A stretch of DNA of 64,000 nt from Myxococcota bacterium. GTDB taxonomy: Bacteria; Myxococcota_A; UBA9160; UBA4427. Both the position numbers and the translations under genes were made by a program. Within the stretch, counting starts at the first letter, position 1. Each line of letters begins with the position of its first letter. Of this stretch, positions 37,609 to 51,726 are shown piece after piece. The notes below the pieces were generated by a model. It had not been told where the DNA came from. It saw only the letters and a program-made list of their open reading frames with translations, and did not search any database. Where the stretch lies: contig OZ252299.1 in assembly GCA_965250285.1 (NCBI GenBank), forward strand, positions 4,800,001 to 4,864,000. Direction: 5' to 3'.

Positions 37609-39324
37609 TTGGTCACGGCACCGCACGCCCCCGAATCAGCGTCCGCAGGCGAGGCCGCGCTCCGCCCCGTGCTCGTGCTCGCCCTCGACGGCGCGACGTT
37701 CGATGTGATCGAACCTCTCGTCGAAGCGGGTCGGCTGCCGAACCTCGCGCGATGGATGCAGCGCGGTCGCCACGCGCCCCTGCCGTCGACGACGCCTCCG
37801 GTGACCTTCCCGGCGTGGACGTCGTTCATGACGGGGCTCGAGCCGGGCGATCACGGGATCTTCGATTTCACACAGAAGGTGCCGAGCGCGTACCGCATTC
37901 GCTTCGTGAATGCGTCGGATCGTGCAACGCCGACGATCTTCGACCGCACGCACGAAGCCGGCGGCCGCGTGCTCGTGCTCGGCATGCCCGCGACCTACCC
38001 GCCGCCGACCGCCGATCGCCTGGGCGGGCTGCTGGTCTGCGGCTTCGACGCGCCCGTCTCGACGCAAACCGATGCGAGCTCGGCCAGCGACCCCGACCTC
38101 TACGAACGCATCGCCAGCGAAGCCGGGCCGTGGATGCGCCCCGACCTCGACGAGTCGGCCCGCGCCTCCGACTTTCACGAACGCGCCATCGATACGCTGC
38201 TCGCGCGCATCGAGCGCAAGAAGCGCTTCGCCCTCGAGGCCCTCGCACGCATGCGGCGCGAAGGCAGTGCCCCCGACCTGTTGACGATCGTCTTCAGCGA
38301 GAGCGACACCGTCGGTCACCACTACTGGCGCGATCACGACCCCGACTCGCCGCGGCACGACTCCGACGCGGGCGACGCTCGCCGGGGCGCGATCACCGCC
38401 GTCTACGAGGCACTCGATACGGCTTGCGGTGAGTTGCGCGCAGCGTTCGGCGAAGAGGCGCTCTGCCTCGTCGTCTCGGATCACGGCATGGGCAGCGCTG
38501 CGCGCGAGGTCGTGCACCTGAACGCCTATCTCGCCGCGCAGGGCCTGCTCACCCGTCAGGGTGCCGGCGCGCTCGACGCCTGGGCGAAACGCGCCCGCGA
38601 CCTCGCGCTGAAGCTGCTGCCGGCTCGCCTCGCTCAGCTGATCTTTCGGCGCGCCCGCGGCGCCGCCGCGCGGCTCGAGAGTGCAGCACGCTTTGGCGGC
38701 GTCGACTGGAGCCGAACCCTCGCGTTCAGCGAAGAAGCCAACACGCAACCGGGTGTGTGGCTGAACGTCGCCGGTCGCGAAGCCCAGGGCTGCATCGCCC
38801 AGGCCGACTACGAGCGCGTTCGAGACCGCGTGATCGACGCGCTGCTCGACTGGAAGCTGCCGAGCGGCGAGCCCGTCATCGCCCGGGCGCGTCGCCGCGA
38901 AGACGTCTATTTCGGGCGCTTCGTCGAGCGCGCGCCCGACGTCCTGGTCGAGCTCGCCCGTCTCGACGGCCACGGCCTGTCGCTCGTGCCCACCGATTGG
39001 GATGCGGTCGCGAGCGGCGCCGGCTCGGTGACCGTGCTCGATGGCGAATCGCTCGGTGGCGGCCGAGGCCGCGGCATGAACGGGACCCATCGTCCCGACG
39101 GCATCTTCATCGCCGATGGGCCAGGCGTCGAGGCCCGCGCGGGCAGCGAGCCCCTGCCCTGGCCCTCGACGCTCTCGCGCGTGGCCGCGAGCATCGCGCA
39201 TGGCCTCGGCATCGAATGGAAGCCCGAGGCGACGGCCGCCCAGGTGCCGACTCGCACCGACTACAGCGAGGAAGAAGACGCGATGGTGGCCGAACGCCTG
39301 CGCGCGCTGGGGTATCTCGAGTGA
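37609..39324 (+). CDS. Alkaline phosphatase superfamily (type I phosphodiesterase/nucleotide pyrophosphatase-like) protein
   Basis: LALDGAT, STTPPVTFPAWTSFMTG, DTVGH, VSDHG, GTH, ERLRALGYLE tail; start approximate. Confidence 0.9.
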   Translation: MVTAPHAPESASAGEAALRPVLVLALDGATFDVIEPLVEAGRLPNLARWMQRGRHAPLPSTTPPVTFPAWTSFMTGLEPGDHGIFDFTQKVPSAYRIRFVNASDRATPTIFDRTHEAGGRVLVLGMPATYPPPTADRLGGLLVCGFDAPVSTQTDASSASDPDLYERIASEAGPWMRPDLDESARASDFHERAIDTLLARIERKKRFALEALARMRREGSAPDLLTIVFSESDTVGHHYWRDHDPDSPRHDSDAGDARRGAITAVYEALDTACGELRAAFGEEALCLVVSDHGMGSAAREVVHLNAYLAAQGLLTRQGAGALDAWAKRARDLALKLLPARLAQLIFRRARGAAARLESAARFGGVDWSRTLAFSEEANTQPGVWLNVAGREAQGCIAQADYERVRDRVIDALLDWKLPSGEPVIARARRREDVYFGRFVERAPDVLVELARLDGHGLSLVPTDWDAVASGAGSVTVLDGESLGGGRGRGMNGTHRPDGIFIADGPGVEARAGSEPLPWPSTLSRVAASIAHGLGIEWKPEATAAQVPTRTDYSEEEDAMVAERLRALGYLE

Positions 39325-40133
39325 CGGGCATCGCGCGCCACGATGATCTGCCCTTCGACCTCACCGACCTGCGCGGCGAGGCCGTCGTGCGGCCCGACCT
39401 CTCGCTGGTCTTCCCCGTGTTCGACGAAGAGGAGAACCTGCCCGAGCTCATCCGTTCGGCGCGACGCATCGGCGCATGGCTGGCCCCCGAGTTCGAGATC
39501 GTCGTCGTCGACGACGGCAGCCGAGACGCGAGCGCCGACATCGTCGATGGCTGGTCGAGCCTCGATCCCCGGGTCCGACTCGTCCGTCATCACGCGAACG
39601 CGGGCTACGGCGCGGCGCTGCGCACCGGTCTCAAAGCTGCGCGGGGCGAGCTGATCTTCTTCAGCGACGCCGATCTGCAGTTCGACCTCGCCGAGCTCGA
39701 GAAGCTGCTCGAGCACACGGGCGACTACGACATCGTGGCCGGCTTCCGCGCACCCCGACGCGATCCGTGGCCGCGGCTCGTGCTCGCATGGGGCTGGGGC
39801 GGCCTCGTTCGCGCACTCTTCGATCTGCCCGTGCGAGACATCGACTGTGCGTTCAAGGTGTTCCGACGCCACGTGATCGAGCGGCTCGACACCGAATCGC
39901 TCGGCGCGTTCATCAATACCGAGCTGCTCGTCCGGGCGCGCACCGCCGGGTTCCGCATTCACCAGGTACCGGTGGCGCACCGACGGCGGCGACACGGACG
40001 CCAATCGGGCGCGAACCCCCGCGTCATCGCCAAGGCCCTCGCCGAGCTGCTGCGACTGCATCGTGGTCTGCGCAGGGCGGCGCGCCGAGTCCGACGAGAG
40101 GCCCGCGCAGCGAGGCGCGCAGAAGGGGCGTGA
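39321..40133 (+). CDS. Glycosyltransferase family 2 (DPM1-like)
   Basis: VFPVFDEEEN, VVDDGSRD, GYGAAL, DADLQ, DIDCAFK; GTGA overlap. Confidence 0.92.
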   Translation: MTGIARHDDLPFDLTDLRGEAVVRPDLSLVFPVFDEEENLPELIRSARRIGAWLAPEFEIVVVDDGSRDASADIVDGWSSLDPRVRLVRHHANAGYGAALRTGLKAARGELIFFSDADLQFDLAELEKLLEHTGDYDIVAGFRAPRRDPWPRLVLAWGWGGLVRALFDLPVRDIDCAFKVFRRHVIERLDTESLGAFINTELLVRARTAGFRIHQVPVAHRRRRHGRQSGANPRVIAKALAELLRLHRGLRRAARRVRREARAARRAEGA

Positions 40134-40137
40134 GCCC

Positions 40138-41301
40138 ATGGCCGCACCGCAGCTCGCCTTGATCGGTGCGTTCCCGTTCCCGCTTCCGCAAGGCTCACAG
40201 GTCTACTTCGAAGATCAGGCGCGCGCGCTGAGCAGAGCCGGCGCGGCGTGCACGCTCTTCACCTACGGCCGTGGCCGCGGCGCGGCCCCCGCCGATCTCC
40301 GCATCGAGACGCCCGCGGCTGGCTCCGCACCGAAACACATGCGATCCGGGCCGAGCTTCGCGAAGCCCTTCGCCGATGCCGCGCTCCTGCGCACCTTCTT
40401 GTCGGCGTGTCGGCGCGAGCGCTTCGACGCGGTGCTCGCGCACAACGCCGAGGCCGCCGCAATCGCGCTCACGGCGCGTCGATGGACGGGCATTCCCGTC
40501 GTGTACGTCGTGCATACGCTGCTCGACGTCGAGCTCTCGGCCTATCTGCCGGCGTGGGCCGAAGCGTCGGCCAACGCGATCGGCGGGCGCATCGACCGAG
40601 GGCTCGCGCGGGGGGCCGACGGGCTGATCGTGCTCGCCGACTCGGCCGAGCAGGCACTCGCAGGTGTCGCCCGGGGCGAAATCGCGCGCATTCCGCCCGC
40701 CCTCTCCGCCGCCGAAGCACCGGGCCAGAAAGAGATCGACTGCGCGTGCGCGCGCTTCGACCTCGACCCAGATCACTACGTGCTCTACTCGGGCAACCTC
40801 GATGGCTATCAAGAGCTCGAGCTGCTCGACGCCGCCGCTCGGCACCGGCCCGCCAGCGCGCCACCGATCGTCGTCGCGACGCACACCGAACCGACTGCCG
40901 CCGAGCGCGCCGCGCTCGCTGCGCTCTCACTCGTGCACATCGACGGATTCGATCGCATGCGCGCGCTCGCGTTCGGCGCTCGGGCGCTGGTGCTCGCGCG
41001 CCGCCGCGTCGGGGGCTTCCCGATCAAGCTGCTCAACTACATGGAGACCCGCCGGCCCATCGTGGCGTACGCGAGCGTCGCCGAAGGGCTCACGCATGGC
41101 ACGTCGGCCTGGCTGCTCGGCGACGAAGCTGGACCCACGGCGATCGCCGGGGCGCTCGATGCGCTCGACGCCGACGCCGATCTGCGCGCGCGACTCGGGC
41201 AAGGCGCGCGCGCCCGGCTCGCGTCGCACCACGACCCGTCGAAGCTCGCCACCCGCACGCTCACGTTCGCCGAGAAGACCATCGCAGCGGGTCGCCCCTG
41301 A
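40138..41301 (+). CDS. Glycosyltransferase family 4
   Basis: FPFPLPQGSQ, YSGNLDGYQ, GFPIKLLNYM, RARLGQGAR. Confidence 0.88.
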   Translation: MAAPQLALIGAFPFPLPQGSQVYFEDQARALSRAGAACTLFTYGRGRGAAPADLRIETPAAGSAPKHMRSGPSFAKPFADAALLRTFLSACRRERFDAVLAHNAEAAAIALTARRWTGIPVVYVVHTLLDVELSAYLPAWAEASANAIGGRIDRGLARGADGLIVLADSAEQALAGVARGEIARIPPALSAAEAPGQKEIDCACARFDLDPDHYVLYSGNLDGYQELELLDAAARHRPASAPPIVVATHTEPTAAERAALAALSLVHIDGFDRMRALAFGARALVLARRRVGGFPIKLLNYMETRRPIVAYASVAEGLTHGTSAWLLGDEAGPTAIAGALDALDADADLRARLGQGARARLASHHDPSKLATRTLTFAEKTIAAGRP

Positions 41302-41322
41302 AGCGGGTTGCCCGGCGTGCGG

Positions 41323-41895
41323 TCAATCCGGATCGTGCAAACCGTCGAGGAGGGTGCGCACGGCTGCGGGGCCGAGCGAACGAAGGCGCTCGACGTTGCG
41401 CGCCGGGATCGCTTCGGCGTCGGGGTGCAACGCCACCGCGGCGCTCACGCTCGCTTCGCGCAGCAGATGGAGCATCGGCCACGGCGACCGGTTGGTCGCA
41501 TTCGCCGGGTCGTCGGCGGGCACCCCCGCAAAGCGGTAGTGCGGATGAAAGGACGCGATCTGCAGCACGCCCTCGTAGCCGCGCTCGACCAGCAAACCCT
41601 CGGCCAGGTCGAGAAACGCGTTGTACGCATCGAAGTCGCCGAGCACGCGCGGGTGCACGAGCAAGGTCGTCTCGAGCGCGTCGACGTCGGTCGCGACCAG
41701 CCGCGTCATCTCGGCGTCGAGATCGGCGAGCAGGGTCGCCTCGTCGCGCGCGTCCGTCACGCACACGTCGACGCGACCCGATCGAAACGGCTCCTGGGCG
41801 AACGGACACAGCCCGAGTGCGATGACGACGCGGTCGATGAAGCGGCGCGTCTCGCGCTCGACGCGCGCCGTGTCGACCGCGGGGCGAGGGGGCAA
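41323..41895 (-). CDS. DUF1415 family protein
   Basis: VIALGLCPFA, ETTLLVHP, QIASFHPHYRF, NRSPWPMLHLLRE, IPARN; TTG start inferred. Confidence 0.88.
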   Translation of the reverse strand: MPPRPAVDTARVERETRRFIDRVVIALGLCPFAQEPFRSGRVDVCVTDARDEATLLADLDAEMTRLVATDVDALETTLLVHPRVLGDFDAYNAFLDLAEGLLVERGYEGVLQIASFHPHYRFAGVPADDPANATNRSPWPMLHLLREASVSAAVALHPDAEAIPARNVERLRSLGPAAVRTLLDGLHDPD

Positions 41896-41899
41896 GCGT

Positions 41900-42742
41900 C
41901 TACCTCGGCGCCGTCGGCACGGGCCGCACGAGCAGCTGCGCGCTGCCGCTTGCGAGCAGCCGACCGCCTTCGTCCCAGACCCGACCCCGCGTCCCCACCA
42001 GACCTTCCGTCGCGATCGGCGCCTCGCTCTCGCAGAGCAGCAGCTCAGAGTCGCGCGCGGAGCGATGGAACTGCACCGCGACGTCGAGACTCGGCGCCAT
42101 GAACCCATGCTCTTCGACGTAGGGGCCATTCGCGGCGGGCCAGCCGTTCGTATCGATCAACAGCAACGAGCGCGCCGCGTCGGTGAACGGACAATCGAAC
42201 GTCGCCCGCGGTGCAAAGCGGTGCCAGCAGCGAAACGTAGGAGGTCGCGCGGCCCGGTCCTCGGGCGGTCGCCAATCGGGGGACCAGCGATCGAAGTTGG
42301 CCCAGAACGCATGCTGCTCCCCTCCCCAGCGCTCGGTCAGCACACGCGACTCTTCGAGCTCGCTCACCGGAGGCACATCGGGCATCGGAGCGAAGTCGTG
42401 CTCCATGCGCGGCGTGTCGTCGTCGACATCGGGCACCGTCCAGACGAGTGCCGTCAGGAGCAGACGCTCGCCCTGTCGCAGCTCGACCGACAGCGCCTCG
42501 GCATTGCGACCGCGGCGCAGCAACCGCACGGCGATGTCGACCGGCTCGAACCGGCCCGGCGCGAGAAACTGGCACTTGAACGTCGCTGGGCGAGGAAAGG
42601 CGCTCTCGGCGCCCGCGGCGCGCAGCGCGACCGAAGCGATGTAGCCGCCATTCGGTCCCCAGATCGCCCAATCGTCGACGAGACAGGCGTCGTACTTGCC
42701 GTCTCGCCCGCTGACACGGGTGTCTGCTTCGAAATCACCCAA
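41900..42742 (-). CDS. Double hot-dog thioesterase (acyl-CoA thioesterase II-like)
   Basis: WAIWGPNGGY, LRRGR, PSLDVAVQFH, VWDEGGRLLASGS; TTG start inferred. Confidence 0.85.
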   Translation of the reverse strand: MGDFEADTRVSGRDGKYDACLVDDWAIWGPNGGYIASVALRAAGAESAFPRPATFKCQFLAPGRFEPVDIAVRLLRRGRNAEALSVELRQGERLLLTALVWTVPDVDDDTPRMEHDFAPMPDVPPVSELEESRVLTERWGGEQHAFWANFDRWSPDWRPPEDRAARPPTFRCWHRFAPRATFDCPFTDAARSLLLIDTNGWPAANGPYVEEHGFMAPSLDVAVQFHRSARDSELLLCESEAPIATEGLVGTRGRVWDEGGRLLASGSAQLLVRPVPTAPR

Positions 42743-42913
42743 CGTCTCGTGCTCCCAGTGGGCGCGCGTCCGTCTGGAGGCGGCAGCATACCCGGTGACG
42801 CGACCGAGCGTCACGCACGGCGCTCGAAATTTTCGTAGCCTATCGCGGTCGCTGGGTGCCTCCCCGTACGCGCCCACGCCGCGACCGAGTTCGACCGACC
42901 AGGAGACCCCCCC

Positions 42914-43363
42914 TTGGCCACGCGCAAGAGCGGCAAACGCGAGAAGCGGAATCGGAAGAAGGGCCGGCGCAAGAGCCTCGGATCCGACAAGTCGGGCCGC
43001 GACACGAAGCGACGCAGTGGAGACGCGCGCGCATCGAATCGGCCGGTCATCGCAGGCGATGCCGAGACCACGCGCGGTTGGGCCGTGCTCGCCGAGCTGC
43101 TCGGCAAGCGCGCAGGCATGCGCGTGCTTTGGGAGCTTCGCGGCGCTCCGCTCAAGTTTCGGGCGCTGCAGGAAGCGTGCGACGGGCTCTCACCCAGCAC
43201 CCTGAACCAGCGACTCTCGGATCTGCGCGAAGCACGCCTCGTCGCCCTCGAGGATCGCCAGGGCTACTGCCTGACGCCCCAGGGAGAAGAGCTCGTCGAG
43301 CTGCTCGCACCCGTGGCGGGCTGGGCCGACGGCTGGTCACGCCGCCGCGCGCAGAAGCGCTGA
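42914..43363 (+). CDS. HxlR-family winged-helix regulator with basic N-terminal tail
   Basis: LLGKRAGMRVLWEL, FRALQ, LSPSTLNQRLSDL, YCLTPQG; AGGAG RBS. Confidence 0.85.
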   Translation: MATRKSGKREKRNRKKGRRKSLGSDKSGRDTKRRSGDARASNRPVIAGDAETTRGWAVLAELLGKRAGMRVLWELRGAPLKFRALQEACDGLSPSTLNQRLSDLREARLVALEDRQGYCLTPQGEELVELLAPVAGWADGWSRRRAQKR

Positions 43364-43400
43364 CCCGAGCCCCGCGCGGCGCGCCCGTTGCCCGATTCGG

Positions 43401-45284
43401 CTACGAGCCCTCGCCGAGAAGCTTCTCGGCTCGCAGCCGGTTCACCCAGTCGACGATGGGCGGCACCGCTTCGTTCTCGGCGGCCGACACGACGTCGAGG
43501 TGTGAGTAGCCCTCGATGATGACGATCTCGACGTCATCGCTGGCCGTCGACTGCGTGTAGTTCGCGAACGAGACCTCGGTGGGCGTCAGGCCGTTCGACC
43601 CCCCGATGCCCAGGATCGGCACGTCGACCGTGGCATGCTGGGTGACGTTGAGCAGGTCGGGGCGACCGAGCGCGCTCGAGTCGCGTCCGAAGCGGAAGTC
43701 GAGCCCCGGGCGACCATCGACGAAGTACCACTCACTCGCGTTGCCGTTCTCGTAGAGCGTGCGAATGAACGTGTCGATGTCGGTCACCTCGCGCTCGACA
43801 CCCCAGAGGCTCGGCGGATCGGTCGGGCCCGGTCGCGGACCGTTGTCGATCACCGCGCACCCGGGCGCCATGTCGGCCGGCGCCGGGAAGGGCGGCGGCG
43901 CGATCGGCGGACACGCGAGCGCGTTCGGTGCAGCGGGGTCGAAGCGGGGGTCGTCGTAGTTCACCCAGGTGCGCAGCACGCCCTCGTTGACGGCAACCAG
44001 AAAGTTGCCCGGCAGGAACGCGGCGAAGGGGTTCACCGCGTTCGAGCCGTTCGCGCTGAAGCCAAAGCTCGCGCTGAACGCCGCGTTCGTGCTGAAGTCG
44101 TCGTCGAGGAAGAAGCCGGGCAGCGCGCGGTTCGTCATCGGCGCCGCGAGCAGGAGGTTGACCGGGATCCCGCCGAACAGCGGGGTGCGCTGCAGCAGCG
44201 AAGGCGCTTCGGGCTGGAACGACGCCGCGAGCCCGTTCAGCTCACCGGCCCCACCGAGGTTCACGGCGTCGATGAAGCCGAAGAGGCTCGTCAGGAAGAC
44301 TTCGTTGTCGCATGCGCCCGTCGGATTATCGCACTCGGGCGTCGCCGGATCCTGATCGACCAGGAAGAGCTCCGTCCCGTCGGCGAGATCCTGCACCGCG
44401 GCGAGGTACTCGGCCTCGGTGGGCAGCGTCGAGCTCGGCCCGCGCGTGCCGCCGCCCTCGAGCAGCAGCAGGCCGTCGACCAGTGAGTGACCGGCCTCGA
44501 CGCCGGGACCCGCATCGAAGTCGTAGGCGGCGAAGAGCCCCATCCACGTCGTGCCGAGAGAGTGGCCCCCGAAGAGCACGAGCCCGTCGTCGCCGACGAT
44601 CTCACGGGCCGCGAGCACCAGCTCTCGCCAGTCGCGCACGTAGGTGTCGACGCCCCAATGGGCCGAGAAGCGCAGGTCGTCCTGCGCGAGGCGTTGGAAC
44701 GACGAGTCACCATCGCCCGGCACCTGGTCGGGCAGCTCGAAGGCGCCGTCGGGGTTGCCGTCTTCGTCGAGATCCGAATCGGGGAAGTAGAAGCGAATGC
44801 CCTCGGCGAGCGCCTGCGTCACCGCCGCCTCATCCCCTGCGATGCGGCCGGCTGCGGCGCCGAGCAGGGCATGGGCGCCACCGCGTCGATCTTCGAGCTG
44901 GTTCGAGCGCCGGTTCACCGCCCAGACCTCGAGCGCACCGCCGTAAGCGCGCACGAGATCGCGAGCGAGCGGATCGAAGGTGCTGCCACCGCCGAGGAAC
45001 CCCGGCACCAGAATGACGATGGTCTTCGGCGCCGAATCCTCGGCGCTCGTGCGCACGTAGTGCACGCGGTTCAGGTCGGGCGACGCGCCCAGGATCTGCT
45101 CGATGGGACCGTTCGGCGGCAGCACGAACTCTTCCGGCGCACCCGAGCCAGGCGTGTGCGGCTCGAGGTAGCCGGCCCGGTCGTCGAGCGACTGGTTGAC
45201 CCGGAGCGTGCCGTTGCACTGCGAGACGCCGAGACTCGCGACGGCGACGAAGAAGAGAGCGACGATCGAGATGGCGCGGGTCAT
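43401..45284 (-). CDS. Exported alpha/beta-hydrolase
   Basis: Signal peptide, VPGFLGG oxyanion motif, GHSLG nucleophile, YSHLD catalytic His. Confidence 0.8.
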   Translation of the reverse strand: MTRAISIVALFFVAVASLGVSQCNGTLRVNQSLDDRAGYLEPHTPGSGAPEEFVLPPNGPIEQILGASPDLNRVHYVRTSAEDSAPKTIVILVPGFLGGGSTFDPLARDLVRAYGGALEVWAVNRRSNQLEDRRGGAHALLGAAAGRIAGDEAAVTQALAEGIRFYFPDSDLDEDGNPDGAFELPDQVPGDGDSSFQRLAQDDLRFSAHWGVDTYVRDWRELVLAAREIVGDDGLVLFGGHSLGTTWMGLFAAYDFDAGPGVEAGHSLVDGLLLLEGGGTRGPSSTLPTEAEYLAAVQDLADGTELFLVDQDPATPECDNPTGACDNEVFLTSLFGFIDAVNLGGAGELNGLAASFQPEAPSLLQRTPLFGGIPVNLLLAAPMTNRALPGFFLDDDFSTNAAFSASFGFSANGSNAVNPFAAFLPGNFLVAVNEGVLRTWVNYDDPRFDPAAPNALACPPIAPPPFPAPADMAPGCAVIDNGPRPGPTDPPSLWGVEREVTDIDTFIRTLYENGNASEWYFVDGRPGLDFRFGRDSSALGRPDLLNVTQHATVDVPILGIGGSNGLTPTEVSFANYTQSTASDDVEIVIIEGYSHLDVVSAAENEAVPPIVDWVNRLRAEKLLGEGS

Positions 45285-45862
45285 CGGGCGCTCCCTTCAC
45301 GGCGAACGAGGCCGAACGTGGCGAGGCCGAGCGCGACGAGCAGGCCGGTGCTCGGCTCGGGAATCGCCGCCACGATCGAGACATCGACGACGCCCTGCGC
45401 GCTGCCGGTGTCGATCTGGAAGGCCGTCTCGAGACAGGCAGGACTTGCGCCGCACGCCGCCGACGGACCGAACGTGCCGGCGACGTCGATGAGCGTGAGC
45501 GGCAGCGCATCACCGAGGCCGTCGACCACGACGAAGAGCGCCGGAATCAGGAACGTGCCGTCGGCGCGCAGCAGGCCGAGGCCCGGGTTCGCGAGCGAGC
45601 CGTCGAGGCCGACGCTCAGACCGCCGCCCATGGCCGACAGGCCCGTCACGTCGAAAGAGCGGTTCTCGCTGGCCGGGCCATCGCCGATCGCCAGATCGAT
45701 GTCGCCCGAGAGCGCTTCGCCGCCGACCGAGCTCTGAGCCGGATCGAGGAACACCGTGACCGGGGCCGCGAGCGCGGAACCTGCGGGGATCAGCAGCCAG
45801 GCGGCGGTCAGCAGCAATCGTAGGAGAAGGGGCGGACGGGCGAGCGAGCAGCGGGAGCGCAT
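45281..45862 (-). CDS. Small PEP-CTERM sorting-domain protein
   Basis: Signal peptide; C-terminal IPEPSTGLLVALGLATFGLVRR. Confidence 0.85.
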   Translation of the reverse strand: MRSRCSLARPPLLLRLLLTAAWLLIPAGSALAAPVTVFLDPAQSSVGGEALSGDIDLAIGDGPASENRSFDVTGLSAMGGGLSVGLDGSLANPGLGLLRADGTFLIPALFVVVDGLGDALPLTLIDVAGTFGPSAACGASPACLETAFQIDTGSAQGVVDVSIVAAIPEPSTGLLVALGLATFGLVRREGSAR

Positions 45863-46098
45863 GGCGGTGGAGTCCTCTCGGCGTGTTGCGAGGCAGCAGG
45901 GCCTTGGAGCGTGTGGCTCGGGCTACGCCATTGTGTCAGTCGAAGGCCGGCTGTGGCAAGCGGCGAATCGAGCCGCCCGCACCGCGGCGGCTGCGCAGGC
46001 CGGCTCGAGGCCCTCCGCTACAGTCGGCGTCTCGATCGAGCCCGCGCACCCCCCACCTCGGGGAGTGCGGCGGGCCTTCGTGCGTGGTGTCGCCGCAA

Positions 46099-49671
<3,573 letters not shown>

Positions 49672-49821
49672 CGTGCCTCGATCTCACCTGCGCTGAGCGA
49701 TCGAACGCGGGGTGTGTTCGCGCCTGATGGGTCGCCTTCGTTGTTGCGCATGCATGAGGTCTCAAGACACGGCGCAGGCGCTCCGATCCCCCCCTTGTCC
49801 CCCGGCTCCGTGACCCGACCG

Positions 49822-50703
49822 ATGCCGACTTCGTTCACACCCTCGACGACCTCTCGACGCGGCGCTCTCATCGGCACCATCGCCGTCTTCGCGTGCGCCC
49901 TCGCCGTCGCCGTCGCCGAGCGCAGTGGCGCAACCACGTCGACGATCCCGGCGCAGGTGCGCGCGGTCCACCAGCTGGCCGACCTCCGCGCCAACGTCGA
50001 AGCCTTCTGCGCGACCCTCGTCGAGACCGCCGAGGCGACTGCCCGGGTCGCCGACCACCCCACGCTCTCGAAGCTCGATGCGACCGCCCGGACGCGCTGG
50101 CTCGCCGAGATCCGCGGTGCGTGCGAGCCCGATGCTGCGACCGAGCGACATCTGCGGGCGTTTGCGGTCGGCTACGACCCCGATTCGGCGCGCGCAGTCA
50201 CCGACTGGTACGCGTCCGATCCGGGGCGACGTCTGCTCTTGCTCGAAGCAGCCGCCGGTGAGACCGACTGGGAGAGCGAGGTCTCACCCTTCATCGATCG
50301 GCTCACCCGCGAGCCGGTCGACTTGGAGCGCGTGAAGCTCTTCGAGCGGATCGACGCGGCTCTGCAGACCACCGAGGACGCGGCGCAGCTGCAGGTGGGC
50401 ATCGGCGAGATCCTGACCTTCGCGGCCCAGCCGTTGCTGCCCGAGCGCGAACGCACCGATTCAGCCGAGATCGAGCAGGAGCTGGCGGCGATGCGCGTAC
50501 AGATGGCTCAGCAGCTTCGCCAGCAGCAGTCGGTGATCTTCATGTTCGTGTACCGCGACGCGAGCACCGAGGAGCTCGAGGCATTTGCCGCCTTCGCTGA
50601 GTCACCGGGCGCGCGATGGCTGAACGCGAGTCACCGCATGGCGATGCAGCGACTCGTCGTCGAGCTGCGTCAGGAGATCGTGGCCCGCCTTGGCGGCGCC
50701 TGA
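49822..50703 (+). CDS. Exported helical hypothetical protein (DUF2059-like)
   Basis: Signal-like N-terminus; two WYASDPGRR / FAESPGAR-type repeats. Confidence 0.6.
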   Translation: MPTSFTPSTTSRRGALIGTIAVFACALAVAVAERSGATTSTIPAQVRAVHQLADLRANVEAFCATLVETAEATARVADHPTLSKLDATARTRWLAEIRGACEPDAATERHLRAFAVGYDPDSARAVTDWYASDPGRRLLLLEAAAGETDWESEVSPFIDRLTREPVDLERVKLFERIDAALQTTEDAAQLQVGIGEILTFAAQPLLPERERTDSAEIEQELAAMRVQMAQQLRQQQSVIFMFVYRDASTEELEAFAAFAESPGARWLNASHRMAMQRLVVELRQEIVARLGGA

Positions 50704-51726
50704 TCAGCGCGATCCGGCCACCGGCTGGCTGGCCCGTCGATGCGGCGATGGCCGCGTCGCGGAGGGTCGAGACCGGGCCAACGTGGTCGACGGAAGCTCG
50801 CCGAACTGCCGGCGATAGTCGGCCGCGAGCTGCCCCATGTGGCGGAAGCCGTGCTCGGTCGCCAGGTCGACGATGCGCGCCCGTTCATCCGAGTCGAGCA
50901 GAGCCTTGCGCAGCGCGTCCAACCGGATCGCCTTCAAGAAGTTCTGCGGCGTCACCTCGAGGCGCTCGCGAAAGGCGTAGTCGAGCGTGCGCCAGCTCGC
51001 GCCGCTGGCTTCACGCATCCCTTCGACCGTCGGCCGTTCGCCCCCTTGGTCGAGCGCGTATGTGCGGGCTCGTTCGAACGCGAGATCACGCAGTCGCGGC
51101 GCGGCGGGGGGCGATGTCTCTCGGGGCGCTCCACCGATCGACAAGAGGAGCTGGGGCAGACTTCGCGTGAGGCGCTCGCAGCAGGCGTCCAGGTCGGATC
51201 GTGATGCGTCGACACTCCGCGGCAGGCCCGCCAGCAGCGCGCGAAGCGCAGTCAGCTGAGCCGATTCGGCGCGCGACACGCCGACCGCGCGCACCCGATC
51301 GAAGCGATCGGATCGCCCCAGGGTCGCGGCGCAGCTTTCGAGGAGCTCGTCTGCGAGCGACATCGTCCAGACTCCGAAGCCCGGACGCGAGCTGGCCTCG
51401 AACCCGTCTCGCTCGGAGAACACGGCGAACTCGGCGTCGGAGAACGGGCGACCGCACCAGTGGACACCGTCGGTCCCTGGATCGAGCACGGCGAACGTGC
51501 GCATGCCGACCGGGCTCTGCCCCTGCTGATCGTAGGCACGTTCGAAGCGTGCCCGCGTCACCAGGACGCCGGGCGCCGAGATCTGGACGAGCTCGGCGGG
51601 TGAATCGCCCGCATCGACCTGACGGAACTCGAGCGACCACCCGCTGATCGACTCGGCGAACGCGTCGTAGTCGGGAAACCGGGCCGATGCGATCTCGACA
51701 TCACGCGTCGAAACGTGCGCAGCCAA
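50704..51726 (-). CDS. AraC-family regulator (EutR-like)
   Basis: RTLDYAFRERLEVTPQNFL, GFRHMGQLAADYRRQFGELPS; TTG start after AGGGAGG. Confidence 0.92.
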   Translation of the reverse strand: MAAHVSTRDVEIASARFPDYDAFAESISGWSLEFRQVDAGDSPAELVQISAPGVLVTRARFERAYDQQGQSPVGMRTFAVLDPGTDGVHWCGRPFSDAEFAVFSERDGFEASSRPGFGVWTMSLADELLESCAATLGRSDRFDRVRAVGVSRAESAQLTALRALLAGLPRSVDASRSDLDACCERLTRSLPQLLLSIGGAPRETSPPAAPRLRDLAFERARTYALDQGGERPTVEGMREASGASWRTLDYAFRERLEVTPQNFLKAIRLDALRKALLDSDERARIVDLATEHGFRHMGQLAADYRRQFGELPSTTLARSRPSATRPSPHRRASQPVAGSR

